From an uncultured Acidimicrobiales bacterium (GTDB lineage: Bacteria > Actinomycetota > Acidimicrobiia > Acidimicrobiales > CAVXTF01): DNA of 64,000 nucleotides. The position numbers and the translations under genes were made by a program. Shown one piece after another: positions 1 to 9,259 of this stretch; within the stretch, counting starts at the first letter, position 1, and every line of letters starts with the position of its first letter. The notes beneath the pieces are model-generated. The model was not told the DNA's origin and made no database searches. It saw only the letters and a list, made by a program, of their open reading frames with translations. The stretch covers positions 405,887 through 469,886 of the forward strand of contig CAWDEI010000002.1 in NCBI GenBank assembly GCA_963801315.1, written 5' to 3'.

Positions 1-921
1 TGGCTCCGGCATCCGACGACCCAGAGATACTGGAGGCCATGTGCGACAACCATACCGGTCACTGCGGCCGGAGCAGACTCGAAGACGAATACCGGCACGA
101 AGAACGATACGGCCGCCAGCTGCGCGGTGACGACCGGCATCGGCCGCTTCTGGCGGACCGAAGCGATCGTGGTGCAGATCGCACAAACCACAAGGCCTGC
201 CATCGCCAATCGCACCACCGGTCCCGTCAACGACGTAGTCATGGTGTGGTCTGGCAGGCCCAGCAGTACCGGGCGAGCTATAAGCACTGCAGTCCCGCAG
301 TACCCGGCGATGACGACAAGTCTGCGCTCGAGCGCCGTCAGCGGAGTGGCACACCACTTCGCGCCGACGAGGGTCACGAGCCCGAGATTCTGACGCTGGA
401 AATGAGTGAACTGCCATACAAAGAATCCAACCAACAGCCAGTTGATCGCGTTGACAGGTGTGGTAAGTCCCACGAGCGCCCCTGCGGCAACAAGCATCGC
501 AGGCAATAGAACGAGGCGCCCAGGGCGAGTGCGGACGATCTGCCGGACGCTCGGCACGGTCCATAACCACCCGGTTACTGCGAGGTGGCCGGCGTACGCG
601 ACCACCACGAGAGCACCGAGTGCCTCAGTCGTTCCTCTACTGCCATCCGGAGCCAGAATCGGCGCAAGTACAAAAGGGGTCACTGTCGCGAGCGCAAGAC
701 CAGCGGCGAACCCGCTGCGCCCTCGCGTTTCGTCAGCCCCCACCGCCGGCTGGCGCCGCATGGTGCGCTACGACGAATACCACGAACGCACCCAACGCTG
801 TAAGCGCCAGGCCCATGACAACGATGGAGAGCCACATGCAGAACCGAGCCAACGCGCCGACTGATCGTTGCCAGGCACGTTCCGGACTTCCGCTGTTCGC
901 CGATGTGAATACCATGAGCAC
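1..921 (-). CDS. Polytopic integral membrane protein; 3' end runs off the window; two frames joined at a homopolymer run
   Basis: Track ORF 733..921(-) (MLMVFTSANSG...WLSIVVMGLALTALGAFVVFVV) stops at 733. My own translation of the minus strand from ATG 761 down to base 1 gives one open hydrophobic frame (GFAAGLALATVTPFVLAPIL...NWLLVGFFVWQFTHFQRQNLGL...VVAHGLQYLW). The track omits it because it has no stop inside the window. Removing one G from ggtgggggctga (C5 run 737-741 on +) joins the two parts. Confidence 0.45.
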
Positions 922-1024
922 AATATAGTACGTCTGACGTTATACCGTCAAGCGGTAGATCGGCACACGTCGCAGCAGTGAGATCCGGCAATGAGTTGGC
1001 CGATCAGTTTCCTGTCGTATGGGT

Positions 1025-1051
1025 CGAACCTTTTCGTCTCCGCATGCGTCA
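1025..1051 (+). promoter_or_regulatory. ECF-type promoter candidate cGAAC-N17-CGTCA
   Basis: gggtCGAACcttttcgtctccgcatgCGTCAtt lies about 57 nt upstream of the sigma gene start at 1108. It resembles the generic ECF pattern GGAAC-N16/17-CGTC. Confidence 0.3.
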
Positions 1052-1107
1052 TTAGAGATGTATGTCCATAGAGCGATCGGTCGTGGACCAAATGTGCGGA
1101 AGGTCGT

Positions 1108-1642
1108 ATGCCGGCAGACGATCTTGACACCTGGGTCAAGGAGAACTACGTACGTTCCTACCGGACGGCGTGCCTGATCCTGGTCAACCCTGCGGACGCC
1201 GAGGAGGCCGTGCAAGAAGCGTTCCTGCGGGCATGGAGGTTTCGCGCCTCTGTTGGTGCAGGCGCAGACATCCGGCCTTGGCTCTACCGGGTCGTCGTGA
1301 ATACGTGCAACTCAAAGCTTCGTCAGGAGATCCCTCACCGCGATCGGCGGTCCTCGGACGAGGATCTTGGCGATATCTCGCTCGTCGAGGACGCGCCGAA
1401 CCAGATCGCGTTGGGACACGATGTGCAACGCGCGCTGCGAGATCTGCCGAGCTCTCTGCGAATTGTCATCGTCCTCAGGTATTACGCCGAGCTCTCCGAG
1501 CGCGAGATCGCGACCGCGATCGGTCGCCGGCCCGGCACGGTGAAGTCCCGTTTACACGAAGCTCGCCGGCTCTTGGGTGTACATCCCACTGCGGCAGGAA
1601 CTGTCAGGCAGTGCAAGAGACGAGTCGGAGGTGCTCGGATGA
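1108..1642 (+). CDS. ECF-family RNA polymerase sigma factor (end uncertain; no stop in frame before the next gene)
   Basis: Region 2 is AEEAVQEAFLRAWRF...PWLYRVVVNTCNS. Region 4 HTH is LPSSLRIVIVLRYYAELSEREIATAIGRRPGTVKSRLHEARRLL. The track ORF 1108..2760 runs straight on into the next domain. An ATGA (1639-1642) would be a classic stop/start overlap if the sigma tail were in the +1 frame. Confidence 0.8.
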
Positions 1643-2760
1643 CCATGATCGACGAGGACGTACTCAGCCGGGCGCTCAACGAGACCGCCGCGTCATTCGA
1701 AGCGTCCGAGGGAGCAACCGAAAGGATCTTGGCCGCAGCAACTCCGCCGTTGCCCCCCGTCAGGACAGCCAGTCGCCACAAGGTAATCCCGAGCAGTGGA
1801 CGCGCTCGCGTCGCACTCGTGGCCGCTGCGGTCGTGTTGCTCGTTGCCGGGATCACGCTCTCGAACGAGAGTTCGCGGTCCAACAACCCGTCCTCTGCCA
1901 TACAAGCCGCCGGCCTTCCGGCTTCGGTTCACGGCGGCTCGTTTGGATCCTCCGCAGGAGCTACGGGTAGCGCGGCCGGTTCGTCCCCGACGTCCCGCAA
2001 CCCCGCCAAGGCTTCTGGGCAAACGCCGGGATCATCGGCACCTCAGTCAGGCATCGTCGGCGAGTCGGCAAAGATCGAGGCGAACGGGTCGGTGTACCTG
2101 ACGATCGGTAACGGGTCACTCGAGTCCGTGCTCGACAAGCTCACCAACCTGGCCGGTGCCGATGGAGGCTTCGTATCCAATACGCAGGCTCAGTTCGCCA
2201 CCGGGGTGCCGGGCGGCACATCTGCGACCATCGTTTTGCAGGTCCCAGAGCCGTCTTTCGGATCGCTGGTGACTCAGGTTCAGACCTATGGCCATGTCAC
2301 TTCCGTCAATACGACTTCTACGGACGTGACCGGGCAGTACGTCGATCTTCAAGCCCGTATCGCGGCCATGCAGGCGAGCCGGCAGCAGTACCTGACGATC
2401 ATGACCAAGGCAACGACGATCGGAGCGATCCTCGCCGTCCAGGAGCAACTCGACACGATCCAGAGCCAGATCGAACAACTTCAGGGTCAGCTCCAGGTTC
2501 TCAACAACGAGACCACCTATGGTTCTTTGTCGGTCACTTTGACCGAACCTGGTCACAAGCCTCCGCCGACTCCGGTTCGGGTTTCGCACCCGGGATCGGG
2601 CCTTGGCAGGGCCTGGCACGACAGCTGGACCGGCTTCGTCTCTGGGTTCGAATTCCTCGTGAAGATCGCGGGGCCGACCATATTCATCCTCTTGTTGCTC
2701 GGGATGCTCGCGGTCCTCGGAAGGTGGGGCTGGCGGGCGAGCCGCCGGCGCATGATCTGA
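1639..2760 (+). CDS. DUF4349-type membrane protein (putative anti-sigma partner), in frame with the upstream sigma factor
   Basis: Starts MTMIDEDVLSRALNE. N-terminal TM is VALVAAAVVLLVAGITL, followed by a Ser/Gly/Ala-rich linker. The coiled DUF4349-like core is VDLQARIAAMQASRQQYLTIMTKATTIGAILAVQEQLDTIQSQIEQLQGQLQVLNNETTYGSLSVTLTEP. C-terminal TM is GPTIFILLLLGMLAVLG. Confidence 0.7.
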   Translation: MTMIDEDVLSRALNETAASFEASEGATERILAAATPPLPPVRTASRHKVIPSSGRARVALVAAAVVLLVAGITLSNESSRSNNPSSAIQAAGLPASVHGGSFGSSAGATGSAAGSSPTSRNPAKASGQTPGSSAPQSGIVGESAKIEANGSVYLTIGNGSLESVLDKLTNLAGADGGFVSNTQAQFATGVPGGTSATIVLQVPEPSFGSLVTQVQTYGHVTSVNTTSTDVTGQYVDLQARIAAMQASRQQYLTIMTKATTIGAILAVQEQLDTIQSQIEQLQGQLQVLNNETTYGSLSVTLTEPGHKPPPTPVRVSHPGSGLGRAWHDSWTGFVSGFEFLVKIAGPTIFILLLLGMLAVLGRWGWRASRRRMI

Positions 2761-2768
2761 CTGCCCGG

Positions 2769-3419
2769 TCAGCGCGCCCCGATCGAGTTCAAGTCGAATG
2801 CTATGAACAATGCCTCTGCCTCGGCGGTCACCTTGTCGCCGGCGGTGCAGGTTGCCCGTCCGTTCCAACGCCTCCCGGTCCCATGCGTCACCTGGGCGAA
2901 GAACTCGAGTTCTTCGTCGATAGGGGTGATGCTCTTGTAGCGAACGGTCAAGCTCGCGGTGAGAGCCAGGGTCTTGTGAACCTGTTGTGCGTGGCCGAGG
3001 AGCTCGTCGAATATTGCGGCCATCACGCCGCCGTGCACTCCGTGAGGGGGGCCTTCGTGTGCGAGCCCGATCGTCAGCCTGGCACGTATGCACGGAGCGC
3101 CGTCCGGATCGGTTGCGTCCTCTATGAGCATCGGTATCCCAAAAGGGTGGGCCAGTCCCGAGATCGCGCTGAAGTCGATGAATGAGACTTTTGCCGATTC
3201 CCCCATGTCCTGCTCGTAATAGCGGGGACGTCTAGCTCCGAGTGCGCGCCCGCGCAGATCCTCAATTCTTGCTGCGAGGTCAAGCGCCACGCTTTCTTCG
3301 AGATCTCTGTCGACGACGTCGGCGACGAGCGAACGCAGGGCTGCTGCCAATGATCGCTTCGATTGCCGCGCCGAGCTCAAGAGCGCGTCGTCGGTCCCAC
3401 CGTCATCGGTTGCGGTCAC
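2769..3419 (-). CDS. PaaI-family hotdog-fold thioesterase
   Basis: 216 aa ORF with the core GPPHGVHGGVMAAIFDELLGHA...LTVRYKSITPID typical of PaaI/YbgC-like thioesterases. Confidence 0.75.
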   Translation of the reverse strand: MTATDDGGTDDALLSSARQSKRSLAAALRSLVADVVDRDLEESVALDLAARIEDLRGRALGARRPRYYEQDMGESAKVSFIDFSAISGLAHPFGIPMLIEDATDPDGAPCIRARLTIGLAHEGPPHGVHGGVMAAIFDELLGHAQQVHKTLALTASLTVRYKSITPIDEELEFFAQVTHGTGRRWNGRATCTAGDKVTAEAEALFIAFDLNSIGAR

Positions 3420-3438
3420 CCGGTCAATCTACTTGCGG

Positions 3439-4686
3439 TCACGAATTCAGGGTGACGAACGTTTCGGTGACCACGTTGGTTGCCAGGACGCTCGACGTCC
3501 CACGAGACCACCTTTCGAGCATCCCCTGTATCGGTGAGGCCGAGAAGGATCCACCACCGCTCGCCCCGGGGCTCCGGACCGGGGTCGACCCTGGTGCCGT
3601 CGTTGACGTGGTAGTCGAAGCCGGTGCCGAGGACGGACAGAGGTTGCGTTGGAAGGCCACGAGGTCTCCGGGCTGGTCGAATACGGCACGCGAGACCTCG
3701 AACGGGAAGGTTGCCAAAGTCGTCGTCTGTCCGGTTGCAGGATCCACCGACAGAACTGTCGTTGATATTGCGGCGCAAGGACCGTTGGTGTTGTTGGCGA
3801 GGACGGCAAGGTTGTGCCCGGAGCCAACGAATTGCGCCTCGGACCAAGTGGGGGTGTTCTTCGCCGAGCTTATTGGTGTGGGAGTGCCGATGAAGTGAGG
3901 ATTCGTATCGGACCTCGGCTGGTCGACGGCCAATATCTGAACACCAAGCAAGCTGTCTCCAAGAAGGGGACCACTGGCCTTGGACATGAATATTCCGGTA
4001 AGGGCCAACTGGGTGCCGTCTCGTGACCACGACAGCCCGGATACCAAGGTGAAGCCCGTCATCGGGTACACCGACTGCTCTGATCCAGTGTCGAGGTCGC
4101 GGACGACAACGGCTCCTGTGGAATCGCTGTCCGCTGCCTTTCCGCCTGCATCGGGGAACCTGACGAATGCAAGCCTCGTCCCGGCGCTGTTCGCCGCGGG
4201 GTACAGGCCTCCGGTCACGTATTTCAAGGTGCCTCCACCGAGTGGCACGCTCTCGATGATGGCGCTGGGCTCTAGATAACCAACATAAGCGGTGTCGCCT
4301 TCTGAAGTCACCGCGTATGGTCTGCTGAGGTGTCTGCCGTCGGAGTCGACCGGAGACGGACCAACGAGCGTTCGCAGGACCGCCCCGGTCTCTGGTGCCA
4401 GCAGTTCAACAGCCCCGTCGGACCTGACGGCCAGAAAAGACCCGCTGCCGGCACCGTTCAGGCCGGTGCTTCCCGATCTTGCCCAAGGATGAACGTCGAT
4501 CAGCACCGCCGTGGCGATTGCAAGACAGAACACCACAACGAGCGTGAGCCTGTAAGGAGCTGCACGAGAAACTCGGGGCGCCATCACGCCGGAACCGAGC
4601 GCGGGCTCTCCTGGATCGATCTGGAGAGCGGCATCGCGGAACATCTTGCGTAGACGGGTCTCGCCCGCATCATCGGGTCCGGTCAT
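3439..4686 (-). CDS. Membrane-anchored extracytoplasmic protein, putative anti-sigma factor with beta-propeller-like ectodomain
   Basis: Short cytoplasmic N-terminus, one TM (YRLTLVVVFCLAIATAVLI), then a repetitive beta-rich ectodomain. Its ATG overlaps the stop of the upstream ECF sigma gene (ATGA at 4683-4686). Confidence 0.5.
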   Translation of the reverse strand: MTGPDDAGETRLRKMFRDAALQIDPGEPALGSGVMAPRVSRAAPYRLTLVVVFCLAIATAVLIDVHPWARSGSTGLNGAGSGSFLAVRSDGAVELLAPETGAVLRTLVGPSPVDSDGRHLSRPYAVTSEGDTAYVGYLEPSAIIESVPLGGGTLKYVTGGLYPAANSAGTRLAFVRFPDAGGKAADSDSTGAVVVRDLDTGSEQSVYPMTGFTLVSGLSWSRDGTQLALTGIFMSKASGPLLGDSLLGVQILAVDQPRSDTNPHFIGTPTPISSAKNTPTWSEAQFVGSGHNLAVLANNTNGPCAAISTTVLSVDPATGQTTTLATFPFEVSRAVFDQPGDLVAFQRNLCPSSAPASTTTSTTAPGSTPVRSPGASGGGSFSASPIQGMLERWSRGTSSVLATNVVTETFVTLNS

Positions 4687-5189
4687 TCGGACAACTCCTC
4701 TCTCAGCGCCGCCAGCCCGCGCTTGACGAGGCTGCGCACCGTCGAAGGGCGACAGTGCAGGATCTCCGCGATTTCATCTTCAGGAAGGTCGAGGTAGTAG
4801 CGCAGGACCAATGCTCTTCTCTGGCGTTGGGAGACTCGGTCAAGGACATCCCACAACTCCCTCGGGCTTTCGGGTCCCGGACGGGGAACGATGGCGCGGT
4901 GGCGAAACTCCAGAAGGCGTCGACGGTGATAGGAACGGCAAGCGTTCACGACCGACGCCCGCAAGTACCGGGTTGGATCCTGAGGATGAGCCTGCCTCGC
5001 CTCGAATCGGACGAACGTGTCCTGGACTATGTCTTCTGCTGCCGGCAGAGATCCCGTCAGGAAGGTTGCGAGTCGTACGAGATCCTTCCAAGAGCTGCGA
5101 AATAGCTGGTCGAGGGCCGCCCGCGCATCACTCTCACCGCCGGATCGCGCATATCCGCCAGGTGAGGACACCGCCACCTCCTGTCCCAT
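4683..5189 (-). CDS. ECF-family RNA polymerase sigma factor
   Basis: Region 2 is AAEDIVQDTFVRFEAR...RYLRASVVNACRSYHRR. Region 4 is QRQRRALVLRYYLDLPEDEIAEILHCRPSTVRSLVKRGLAALREEL. Confidence 0.85.
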   Translation of the reverse strand: MGQEVAVSSPGGYARSGGESDARAALDQLFRSSWKDLVRLATFLTGSLPAAEDIVQDTFVRFEARQAHPQDPTRYLRASVVNACRSYHRRRLLEFRHRAIVPRPGPESPRELWDVLDRVSQRQRRALVLRYYLDLPEDEIAEILHCRPSTVRSLVKRGLAALREELSE

Positions 5190-5194
5190 ACCAG

Positions 5195-5686
5195 TTAAGA
5201 CGCCCAGCTACTGCTCGACCGTTGCAAAGAAAGGCGTTCCTGCTCGACGAGAGCTTGTCTGAGCTGCCGGTACGTTCGGTGACGGAGAACCTTGACCGCT
5301 CCGTGGCTTATTCCGAGAAGCTCGGACAGGTCGCTCACCCGCGTGACGCCCGCCAGTTCGAGCTGCGCAAGCGTTCGGCGCCTACCTCTGAGCCTCTCCA
5401 CCAGGTCAGGGAGGAGTTGTATCAGCGCCTCGTCGGCATCCTCTCGAGGCCGTTCGACACTCTGTAGTTCGAGCCATCGTGAGATGGTGCGCCGCTCGGC
5501 CTGAGCCTTTCGGCTGCGCTCGAACTGTGCCCGGCGTGCCGCTGTGTACCAGTAGCCCCCCGGGTTCTCCAGTCCCTCGGTCCCCCGACTGGCCATCTTC
5601 AAGAAACCCTCTTGGACGGCGTCCTCGTCAGCAATTCGCTGCCGTTGCCTCGGCAGGAGACGAGCGATCTCCTCGAGTGCCTCCAT
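5195..5686 (-). CDS. Sigma-70 region-4-like HTH protein (divergent sigma-like factor)
   Basis: C-terminal HTH is LRGRRRTLAQLELAGVTRVSDLSELLGISHGAVKVLRHRTYRQLRQAL. The N-terminal part has a weak region-2-like segment (DEDAVQEGFLKM). ATG 5686 is preferred over TTG 5725 because AGGAGG sits 7 nt upstream. Only 5 nt separate it from the next sigma gene. Confidence 0.5.
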   Translation of the reverse strand: MEALEEIARLLPRQRQRIADEDAVQEGFLKMASRGTEGLENPGGYWYTAARRAQFERSRKAQAERRTISRWLELQSVERPREDADEALIQLLPDLVERLRGRRRTLAQLELAGVTRVSDLSELLGISHGAVKVLRHRTYRQLRQALVEQERLSLQRSSSSWAS

Positions 5687-5777
5687 ACACCACCTCCTGT
5701 TCTCATGACCCGACGGGCGCGACAAGGCCCGACGGAGTCATGCGGAGGTGGGCAGAGGGCTTACATGAGCGAAAAGT

Positions 5778-5803
5778 GTAACCCCTTCAGATGTTCCGCG
5801 TCT
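5778..5803 (+). promoter_or_regulatory. ECF-type promoter candidate GTAAC-N16-CGTCT
   Basis: tGTAACcccttcagatgttccgCGTCTttc ends about 30 nt upstream of the TTG start at 5835 (AGGAGG SD at 5824-5829). It lies in the divergent gap facing the sigma cluster. Confidence 0.3.
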
Positions 5804-5834
5804 TTCAGGTACACGAACGAACTAGGAGGTTCGA

Positions 5835-6047
5835 TTGACTACCACCATGTACACCGTGGACGAGACCGGGCACACGACCGTCGTGTGCGACGACGCCGAA
5901 ACGGCCGGGCAGGAATTCGAACGCCAACAAGCGCTCGGGTTCATCGCATTCGCGGGCGATGACATAGACACCGAGCTCTTGCTCATGCGCAGGTACGTCC
6001 CGGGTTTCGCTGCCATCTACTGGGTGCGACCCCTGGTGGGTGGCTGA
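5835..6047 (+). CDS. Hypothetical small acidic protein
   Basis: 70 aa ORF with a strong SD (taggaggttcgaTTG). Its stop overlaps the next start (ATGA at 6044-6047). No family recognised. Confidence 0.5.
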   Translation: MTTTMYTVDETGHTTVVCDDAETAGQEFERQQALGFIAFAGDDIDTELLLMRRYVPGFAAIYWVRPLVGG

Positions 6048-6814
6048 TGGAGAGGCGATCTGCTCTCGAGCAGGCCGCCGTCGTAGAAGGTGGTCGGAGG
6101 CTCGACGCGTCGGTTTCGTCCTCATGGCATGACCGGGGAGCTGAAGGCCGCGATCGTCATCCCCTCGAGGACCGGTCCACCTTCTCGGTGGCAGCGTCGA
6201 TTCGGTCGTTCAATTTGCTTTGCCAATTGCTCGACGAGGAGCAGCTTGCTGATCTGTTCGAGTACGGATTCGCCATCGAGTCCACGCGAGATGCGACCTT
6301 CGTTCTCGACCTGGTCGATTCCGGGTTGCTCGCAGTGGAACACGACCGGCTCGTTCAATTCTGTATCGATCCTGACATCGACGTGCCGAGGCTCGACCGA
6401 CTGGCCACCAAGCTCGTGTGGGCTCGCGGAGATTGGAAAGGCTTTCGCTCAGAAGCGGTGCCGCTCGATGTGATCGACGAAGACGAGATGGAGGAAAGAC
6501 TCGACCTGTCGGGGCCCCAGGCGATCTGGTCGCGGGCACACTACGGGTCTCTTCGCTTGCTCTCGCGACTTGTCTCATGGTGTCAACTGGAAGGCCTCGG
6601 AGCTGGTCGGGTCGCCATCACGAGAGAACCGTTCGTCTTTGTCCTTGGAGGAAAGGACGTCGCCATGCTCGACTCGCGAGATGGATCATGGTCTCGACTT
6701 GGATTCACCCCGAAGAGATCCGACGAATCCTGGAGCACCTATTGGCTGCGGCACGTCATTGCGGTCAACGATCCCTTTGGTTACATGCGCTCAGCATGCC
6801 GTACCGAGCTCTGA
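6047..6814 (+). CDS. Hypothetical acidic protein
   Basis: 255 aa ORF translationally coupled to the 70 aa ORF. No recognisable motif. Confidence 0.5.
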   Translation: MERRSALEQAAVVEGGRRLDASVSSSWHDRGAEGRDRHPLEDRSTFSVAASIRSFNLLCQLLDEEQLADLFEYGFAIESTRDATFVLDLVDSGLLAVEHDRLVQFCIDPDIDVPRLDRLATKLVWARGDWKGFRSEAVPLDVIDEDEMEERLDLSGPQAIWSRAHYGSLRLLSRLVSWCQLEGLGAGRVAITREPFVFVLGGKDVAMLDSRDGSWSRLGFTPKRSDESWSTYWLRHVIAVNDPFGYMRSACRTEL

Positions 6815-7066
6815 ACCACTCAGGACTCGTCGACCTTCAACGAAAGAACCCCTTCGACGACCGACACCGTGGCACTGCGGTTCCTGAGCTCGGGTCAGAG
6901 TTTCGAGAAGCAGCGTCTCGATGCACGCTGCAGGTGACGGGCACCCCTGCGGGCACGGGCGTGGGCGGTGTTCCCGAGAAGGCGACAGACCCGAACGAGT
7001 CGACGCCTACGAGGGGGAATGTTCCTCGAGGTGCGGCGCGCCAGTAGGTGCATCAGACTCAGGCGG

Positions 7067-8793
7067 GTGTCCGACGAAACGATTGCTTATTTCTCTATGG
7101 AGATCGCCCTGATCGACGAGATCCCCACCTTCAGTGGAGGTCTCGGCGTATTGGCCGGGGACTTTCTCAGGTCCGCCGCCGACCTTGGTCTCCCCGTTGT
7201 CGGGGTCACCCTGCTCTACCACCGGGGTTTCTTCACGCAGAAGCTCGATGAGGCCGGGCGCCAGGTCGAGCTCCCCGTGAACTGGAGGCCTGCCGATCAT
7301 CTGGAGCGGCTCGACGCCAAGGTCGAGATTGCCGTGGCGGGCCGGCCTGTGGTCGTCGGGGTGTGGCGGCGCGTCCTGCACGGAATCGGCGGGTCCACCG
7401 TCTCGGTCTACTTCCTCGACACCCTGCTCCCTGAAAACGAACCTTCCGAGCAGTCCGTCACCGACCATCTCTACACAGGGGTCGTCGTCGAACGGCTTTC
7501 GCAGGAGGCGATCCTCGGACTGGCCGGACCTGCCATGCTCCGCGTGCTCGGCCACGAGCAGATCGGCGTTTATCACCTCAACGAGGGCCATGCCTCCTTG
7601 GTGCCGGTGGCCCTTCTCTCTGACCGGGTCCACGCGAAGATCAGCGGTGCGTCGCCGGCTGACATCGAGGCGGTTCGGGAACGCTGCGTCTTCACCACTC
7701 ACACTCCGGTTCCCGCGGGCCACGATCGCTTCGATCCGCAGGTGATGACCGAGGTCCTCGGGCACGAGCTGGCCGAGGGATTGAGGCAGATCGGATGTCT
7801 CGAGGATGGGACCCTGAACATGACCCTGCTCGGGATGTTCTTCTCCCGCTTCATAAACGGCGTCTCTCAGCGTCACGGGGAGGTTTCCCAGGCCATGTTC
7901 CCCGAGTACCGCGTCGAAGCCATCACCAACGGCGTGGACGTCTCCACTTGGGCGGCGCCCAGCACGGCCCGCCTCTTCGACCGGCACCTGCCGCGCTGGC
8001 GCGAAGACAACATCACGATCCGCTATGCGAGCAGGATTCCGCTCGAGGAGATCCGCGCCGCCCATGCCGAGGCGAAGCAGGTGCTCCTCGACGAAGTCAC
8101 CCGCCGCAACGGCGTCACCCTCGACCCCGAGGTGATGACCATCGGGGTGGGTCGGCGGGCGACTCCGTACAAGCGCAACGATCTCCTCCTGTCCCGGCCC
8201 GACGAGCTCACAGGAGCTCGCTCGGAGGGTCGGGGGCCTTCAGGTCGTGTACAGCGGTAAGGCCCATCCCCTCGACGAGCTCGGAAAGGCTCTGATCGAG
8301 CGGGTCAACGCCGCGGCGACGCGAGCTGACCGGTAGCGTCACCGTTGTCTACCTCGAGGACTACGGGATGAGCTTGGCCGCGTTGCTCGTCGCCGGAGCC
8401 GACGTCTGGGTGAACACTCCGGTAGCGCCCCACGAAGCTTCGGGGACGAGCGGCATGAAGGCCGCTCTGAACGGCGTCCCGAGCCTCAGCATGCTCGACG
8501 GATGGTGGCTCGAGGGAAACGTCGAGGGCGTCACTGGCTGGGCCATCGGTGCCGACCTGGGGCCCGCTGCCGACCTGCCGATCGGCGATCCCTTGGTCGA
8601 CGCTTCCGACGAGGCTGAGCTCTACCGGGTCCTGGCCGAGGTGGTGGCACCTCTCTACTACGGGCGGCCCGACGACTTCGCCGCCGTCCGCCGCTCTGCC
8701 ATCTCGTTGAACGGCTCCTTTTTCACCGCCCAGAGGATGGTGACTGAATACTCTTCCCGGGCCTACGGGCGCGGCGCGCGCTCTGGGTCCTAG
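7067..8793 (+). pseudogene. glgP: Alpha-glucan (glycogen/maltodextrin) phosphorylase, GT35 short type, with two frameshifts as sequenced
   Basis: IAYFSMEIALIDEIPTFSGGLGVLAGDFLRSAADLGLPVVGVTLLY... lies in track ORF 6968..8260. ELARRVGGLQVVYSGKAHPLDELGKALIERVNAA is readable only in a second frame (8214-8333). ELTGSVTVVYLEDYGMSLAALLVAGADVWVNTPVAPHEASGTSGMKAALNGVPSLSMLDGWW is in a third frame (ORF 8368..8793). Confidence 0.85.
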
Positions 8794-8835
8794 CCGACTG
8801 GGCCCAATACATTTCGAGCGACTCGGACGATCAGA

Positions 8836-9216
8836 TCAGTCGACGCGAGAAGGCAGTACCGTCATGCTGGTGCCGCCGGGGTCGACCAGGGCGACCCATG
8901 GAGCTCCCGCGCCGGCAGATTGCACGGCAGGCGTGTCCGCCACCGTGGCGCCGAGTTCGCAAAGGCGTTGAACCTCGTCGGCGAGCTCACACCCCGCGGG
9001 GTTGACGTACAGCCGATTTCTCGGCGCCCGCCCCTCGGGGGCTTTTACGAAGACGAGTTTCAGGTCGTGCTGGTCCGGATCACCTGTCGCCGACGTCCAA
9101 GGCACGTTCCCAGGCAGGTACTCGCGCAACTCCCAACCCAGGGCCGAACTCCAGAACGCGGCGGCGCGCACCGGATCGGTTGACTCGATGACGACCTCGG
9201 TGAGCAGTGAGCTCAT
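8836..9216 (-). CDS. VOC (glyoxalase/bleomycin-resistance fold) family protein
   Basis: 126 aa; VVIESTDPVRAAAFWSSALGWEL...VALVDPGGTSMTVL matches the VOC pattern. Confidence 0.7.
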   Translation of the reverse strand: MSSLLTEVVIESTDPVRAAAFWSSALGWELREYLPGNVPWTSATGDPDQHDLKLVFVKAPEGRAPRNRLYVNPAGCELADEVQRLCELGATVADTPAVQSAGAGAPWVALVDPGGTSMTVLPSRVD

Positions 9217-9259
9217 GACCTCACCAATCCTCGCTTTTTCTTAGCCCGTGGTTTGGCTT

